A DNA stretch of 64,000 nt from Amoebophrya sp. A120 (taxonomy: Eukaryota; Protista; Dinoflagellata), in assembly GCA_905178155.1 (NCBI GenBank), contig CAJINV010000013.1, positions 2,786,158-2,850,157 on the forward strand, written 5' to 3'. Below are positions 61,301 through 64,000 of the stretch, in pieces. A program made the position numbers and the translations under genes. Below the pieces are notes generated by a model that saw nothing but the letters and a program-made list of their open reading frames with translations, searched no databases and was not told the origin of the DNA. The stretch's first letter is position 1. Each line of letters opens with the position of its first letter.

Positions 61301-64000
61301 AAAAAAGTTTCTCATGCGGAGCCCCATGAGAAGCGTTTTCTAGTCGTGTTTTGGAGTTTGCGATGCTAGAATCAGCATGATATGCTAGGTCTGTGATGCT
61401 GCTGAACTAGCGCAACAGGATTGCACTAGGAGGGCAAACTTGTCATGCGAAACAGCGAAAGCTGGTTGATTTGTCTAGCAGATTCCCCATCTTGACTATG
61501 GTGTGGGGACGTTTTTACTCAGGATAAGATTCGTTTTTCACGTCGGTGGCAAGTTCCACTTCAGTCGCTAACCGTTTCGCCCGTGTCAGGAACAAATCCT
61601 TCTTCTCTTGCATCTCCATGTCAAAGATTTTGCTCAGCTTATCCTGAGTAAAAAACGTCCCCATCCCAGAGTCTTCATGCAAATCTGCATGCTAAAAAAG
61701 TTTCTCACGAGGAGCCCCATGCGCGGCGTTTTCTAGTTGTGTTTTGAATTTGTGACGCTCGGAGCAGCATGATATGCTAGCTCTGTGATGCTGCTGAACT
61801 AGCTCAACAGGACTAGACTACGAGGACAGGCGTGTCATGCGAAACAAGCAAAGCTGGCTGATTTGTCTAGCCGATTTCCCATCTTGACTCTGGGTTGGGC
61901 GGGACGATTTTACATATGATACAGCTCGGCTAATTTCTTCTTCAACCTCACGTTCTCCGCGGAAGCCGCGCCAGCCGTTGCGTTTTGCGCCTTCTGCAGG
62001 TAGTTTCCGCTGCGCTTCGGGTGGTTCGCGGATTTTCGGAGCTCGTCGTTTTCCGCTTCGAGGTAAAACAGTTTGTCGACCAGTTCCTGCAGCTTCGCGC
62101 CCGAAGAAACGTCGACAGAACCGGTACTACTCCCCTTCGGACCTTTTTTGGTCGTTTCCAACGCTCTTAAATCTTCGGATTGTCTCTTGAACAGAATCTC
62201 CAGCTTTTCCTTTTCGATCTTCAGTTTTGGGTAATCTTCGTTCTGCTTTTTCGTTAGCTCGAGCTGCTTCGCGAGAAGTTCGTTCTCTTTGCTCGTTTTG
62301 TCCAGTTTCTGGAAGAATTCCGTCGCCGTCACCGAATTCGGCTCGCCGTCGACGTTGACCTTTACCATGGCGCCAACCTCTTGCAGTCTCTTCTCCAACT
62401 TGATATTCACGGCGGACAGTTCGGTGATATCATGAAGAAAAATCCCCCCCATATCAAAACGGAAATCTGTGATGCAGATTTGTGGTCACCAATCAGCGTT
62501 GTCATGCTAGAAGGGAAAAGATACGGACTGTAGTGCTGGGCGGCGTGGGAAGGCCTTGCATCTTCAGCATGACAGGAGGCAGCTGGAGGTGCGAAACAGC
62601 ATGACAAATTGCTTGCAAACGAGGCCACAACTGCGGCTCTTGGTCTTCTAGCAATACAAGGCGATTTGTGTACTCGAATACAGCATCACAAGTTTCGTGC
62701 TCGATATGGGGAGGGGGGATTTTTCCTTTTGATAGGCGAGTCGGGTGTGAAATCGCTGCTTTTCGTTCGCCCGGTCCTCCTCCGAGTCGAAGAGCTTCTG
62801 CTTCAGCTCCTCGCCGTCTGTGATCACGGACAGTTTCGCCTGCCGCTCGGCGGACGCTTCTGTCAGAGGTGGTTTTTGGTCTGGTTGTTCTTTGGTGTCA
62901 CTTTTTCCTGTCGTGGAACTCGAGGCTTTTTGTTCCTCTGCTGGAGTGGAGGAAGAGCTCTTCTCGTCTCTCTTCCCTTGTTCAACATCCACAGCTGCGG
63001 GAGTTGTGGAGGCGTCGGTCTTCTTCTCCCCGACGACGACCTCGGCTGGGTTAATGTCCGTGAACGCTCTCGGGTCTTCCCGCAATAAGTTCGAACTCAT
63101 CACCAAGTCGTGCTTTGTTTTCGCCGTGTAGGTTGCCTCGTCGTCGATGTACTTCGATAAGTATTTCAAACCGTCCTCCAGTTTATCCAGAAATACCTCG
63201 TTTTCCTTCTCCTGCTGTTCTTTCTTCTCCTTATCATCGTTCGGTTTTCTATCCCCTCGGCTGTTCTGCATCGTGGTCAAATCTGTCAACAGATTCTTCT
63301 GGAACCACTCGATCCTGCTCCGGAACAGCTTGTAGCGTTCCGCGTCCCGCTCGAAGATCCGCACGTCGTTCGCCAAATTTCCCGCCTTTTCGATATCGAC
63401 CGTGTGTCTATCATTCAGCTTCTCAATGATTTTTTTCAACTCCTTCGCCTCATTCTCCGAAAACTGCATTTTCTGCTGCATCTGCTCGGTCTTGGCATTC
63501 GCCTGGTCCTTCTCCTCCACGGCCGTTTCGATCTCCGCGCAGAGTGTCTTCATCCGCTTTTGGAAGATTTCCGTGCGGTCGGAAAGCTCCATCTCGAAGA
63601 TCTTTGTCGCTTCAGCGAGCTGCTTCTTCACATGTTCAAACTCCTGCACGGACACCTCCTTCTTGTGCGAAGAACTTGGAACGTGGGAGGAGGAAGTAGC
63701 TTTCGTATTTCCAGCAGATTTGCTACCCTTCTCCTTCCCCGCCCCGGCGAGGGCGCTGCTACTCGCCGACGGTGCCACGCTGGCTGCGCCTCCAGAAGTT
63801 GCAGCTGCGCTCAGCGCGAGCAACTCCTTCGCCAGTTCCTCGTTCTTGTGCTCCAAAACCACCACTCGCTCCACCAAATCCCGAACGCCGCGCCCGGCGT
63901 TGAGCGAGTCCACGTTCTGCGCAAAGGTCTTCGAACTGGCAGAGCTGCCGGAAACGGGGAGTTTCAAATATTCCAGGCCGGCGAGCTCCTCCTGCAGCCG
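55400..64000 (-). CDS. Very large coiled-coil protein with several EF-hand-like motifs; 5' end beyond the window
   Basis: DAFTQADEDRDGFLSYVEFKNLF, FNVLDQDTGSGMLSYQQL, FLDVDNDNAVKYVEWL; exons separated by seven introners. Confidence 0.8.
55607..55815. mobile_element. Introner, candidate family E (209 bp)
   Basis: TIR TATCGAAGGAAAAAACTGTGTTAGTGTAGGTC / GACTTACACTTACAGAGTTTTTTTCTTGCATA; TSD TCCTT; joins ENK|EFKKAV. Confidence 0.88.
56525..56778. mobile_element. Introner family A (254 bp)
   Basis: Family A TIRs; 3/5 TSD AATGC/AATTT; frame kept. Confidence 0.9.
57007..57327. mobile_element. Introner family C (321 bp), opposite orientation to 50338-50658
   Basis: Family C TIRs; TSD CGCAC. Confidence 0.93.
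60879..61184. mobile_element. C-like introner with diverged interior (306 bp)
   Basis: TATTACAGTGAAAAGTGCCTCCCACCCC...GGGGTGGGGGCATTTTTCATTGTAGTA; TSD GCAGC. Confidence 0.88.
61248..61526. mobile_element. Introner family B (279 bp)
   Basis: Family B TIRs; TSD GGATT/AGATT. Confidence 0.92.
61640..61921. mobile_element. Introner family B (282 bp)
   Basis: Family B left TIR, degenerate right TIR; TSD CAGCT; interior resembles the neighbouring 61248-61526. Confidence 0.9.
62428..62734. mobile_element. Introner family C (307 bp)
   Basis: Family C TIRs; TSD GGTGA/GGCGA. Confidence 0.92.

Noticed and set aside
276-62734. Recurring short ORFs with PDPDIF, CKNVWVWK, NPHPDSGVG or GEGGFF peptides suggesting a protein family
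   Set aside because: They are translations of the element TIRs in various frames, with no consistent start, stop or length
276-62734. Dispersed roughly 30-bp repeats as a CRISPR array or bacterial REP elements
   Set aside because: The repeats are inverted pairs around homologous interiors with TSDs, not direct repeats with unique spacers; no cas genes; the context is eukaryotic and intron-containing
1-64000. Autonomous transposase, reverse transcriptase or recombinase for the elements
   Set aside because: No ORF shows recognisable DDE, RT or tyrosine-recombinase motifs and no long ORF is flanked by the TIRs; a remote homologue cannot be excluded without profile searches
1-64000. Dinoflagellate spliced-leader relics, tRNA or rRNA genes
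   Set aside because: None recognised by eye; tRNAscan-SE, Infernal and an exact spliced-leader search would be needed to exclude them

Overview
Gene-dense eukaryotic DNA in which every credible gene (about 15) lies on the minus strand. Recognisable genes are cysteinyl-tRNA synthetase, SEH1, an ABHD4/5-like hydrolase, two ER thioredoxin-fold proteins, an LRR protein and a giant EF-hand/coiled-coil protein. The dominant feature is about 30 short (209-326 bp) non-autonomous elements with TA...TA ends, terminal inverted repeats (TIRs, decayed in the oldest copies) and 5-bp target-site duplications (TSDs). They fall into at least five TIR families and sit inside coding exons. Removing an element plus one TSD copy restores the host reading frame, almost always without GT-AG ends, so they behave as transposon-derived non-canonical introns (introners). 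This architecture matches what is known for the parasitic dinoflagellate Amoebophrya (inference, no search run). Less obvious properties seen here are: insertion in both orientations, a shared terminal pattern and a shared internal TGTSATGC motif across otherwise unrelated families, clustering around micro-exons, mosaic copies, and an ageing series. No transposase is visible in the window. All coordinates were read by eye.
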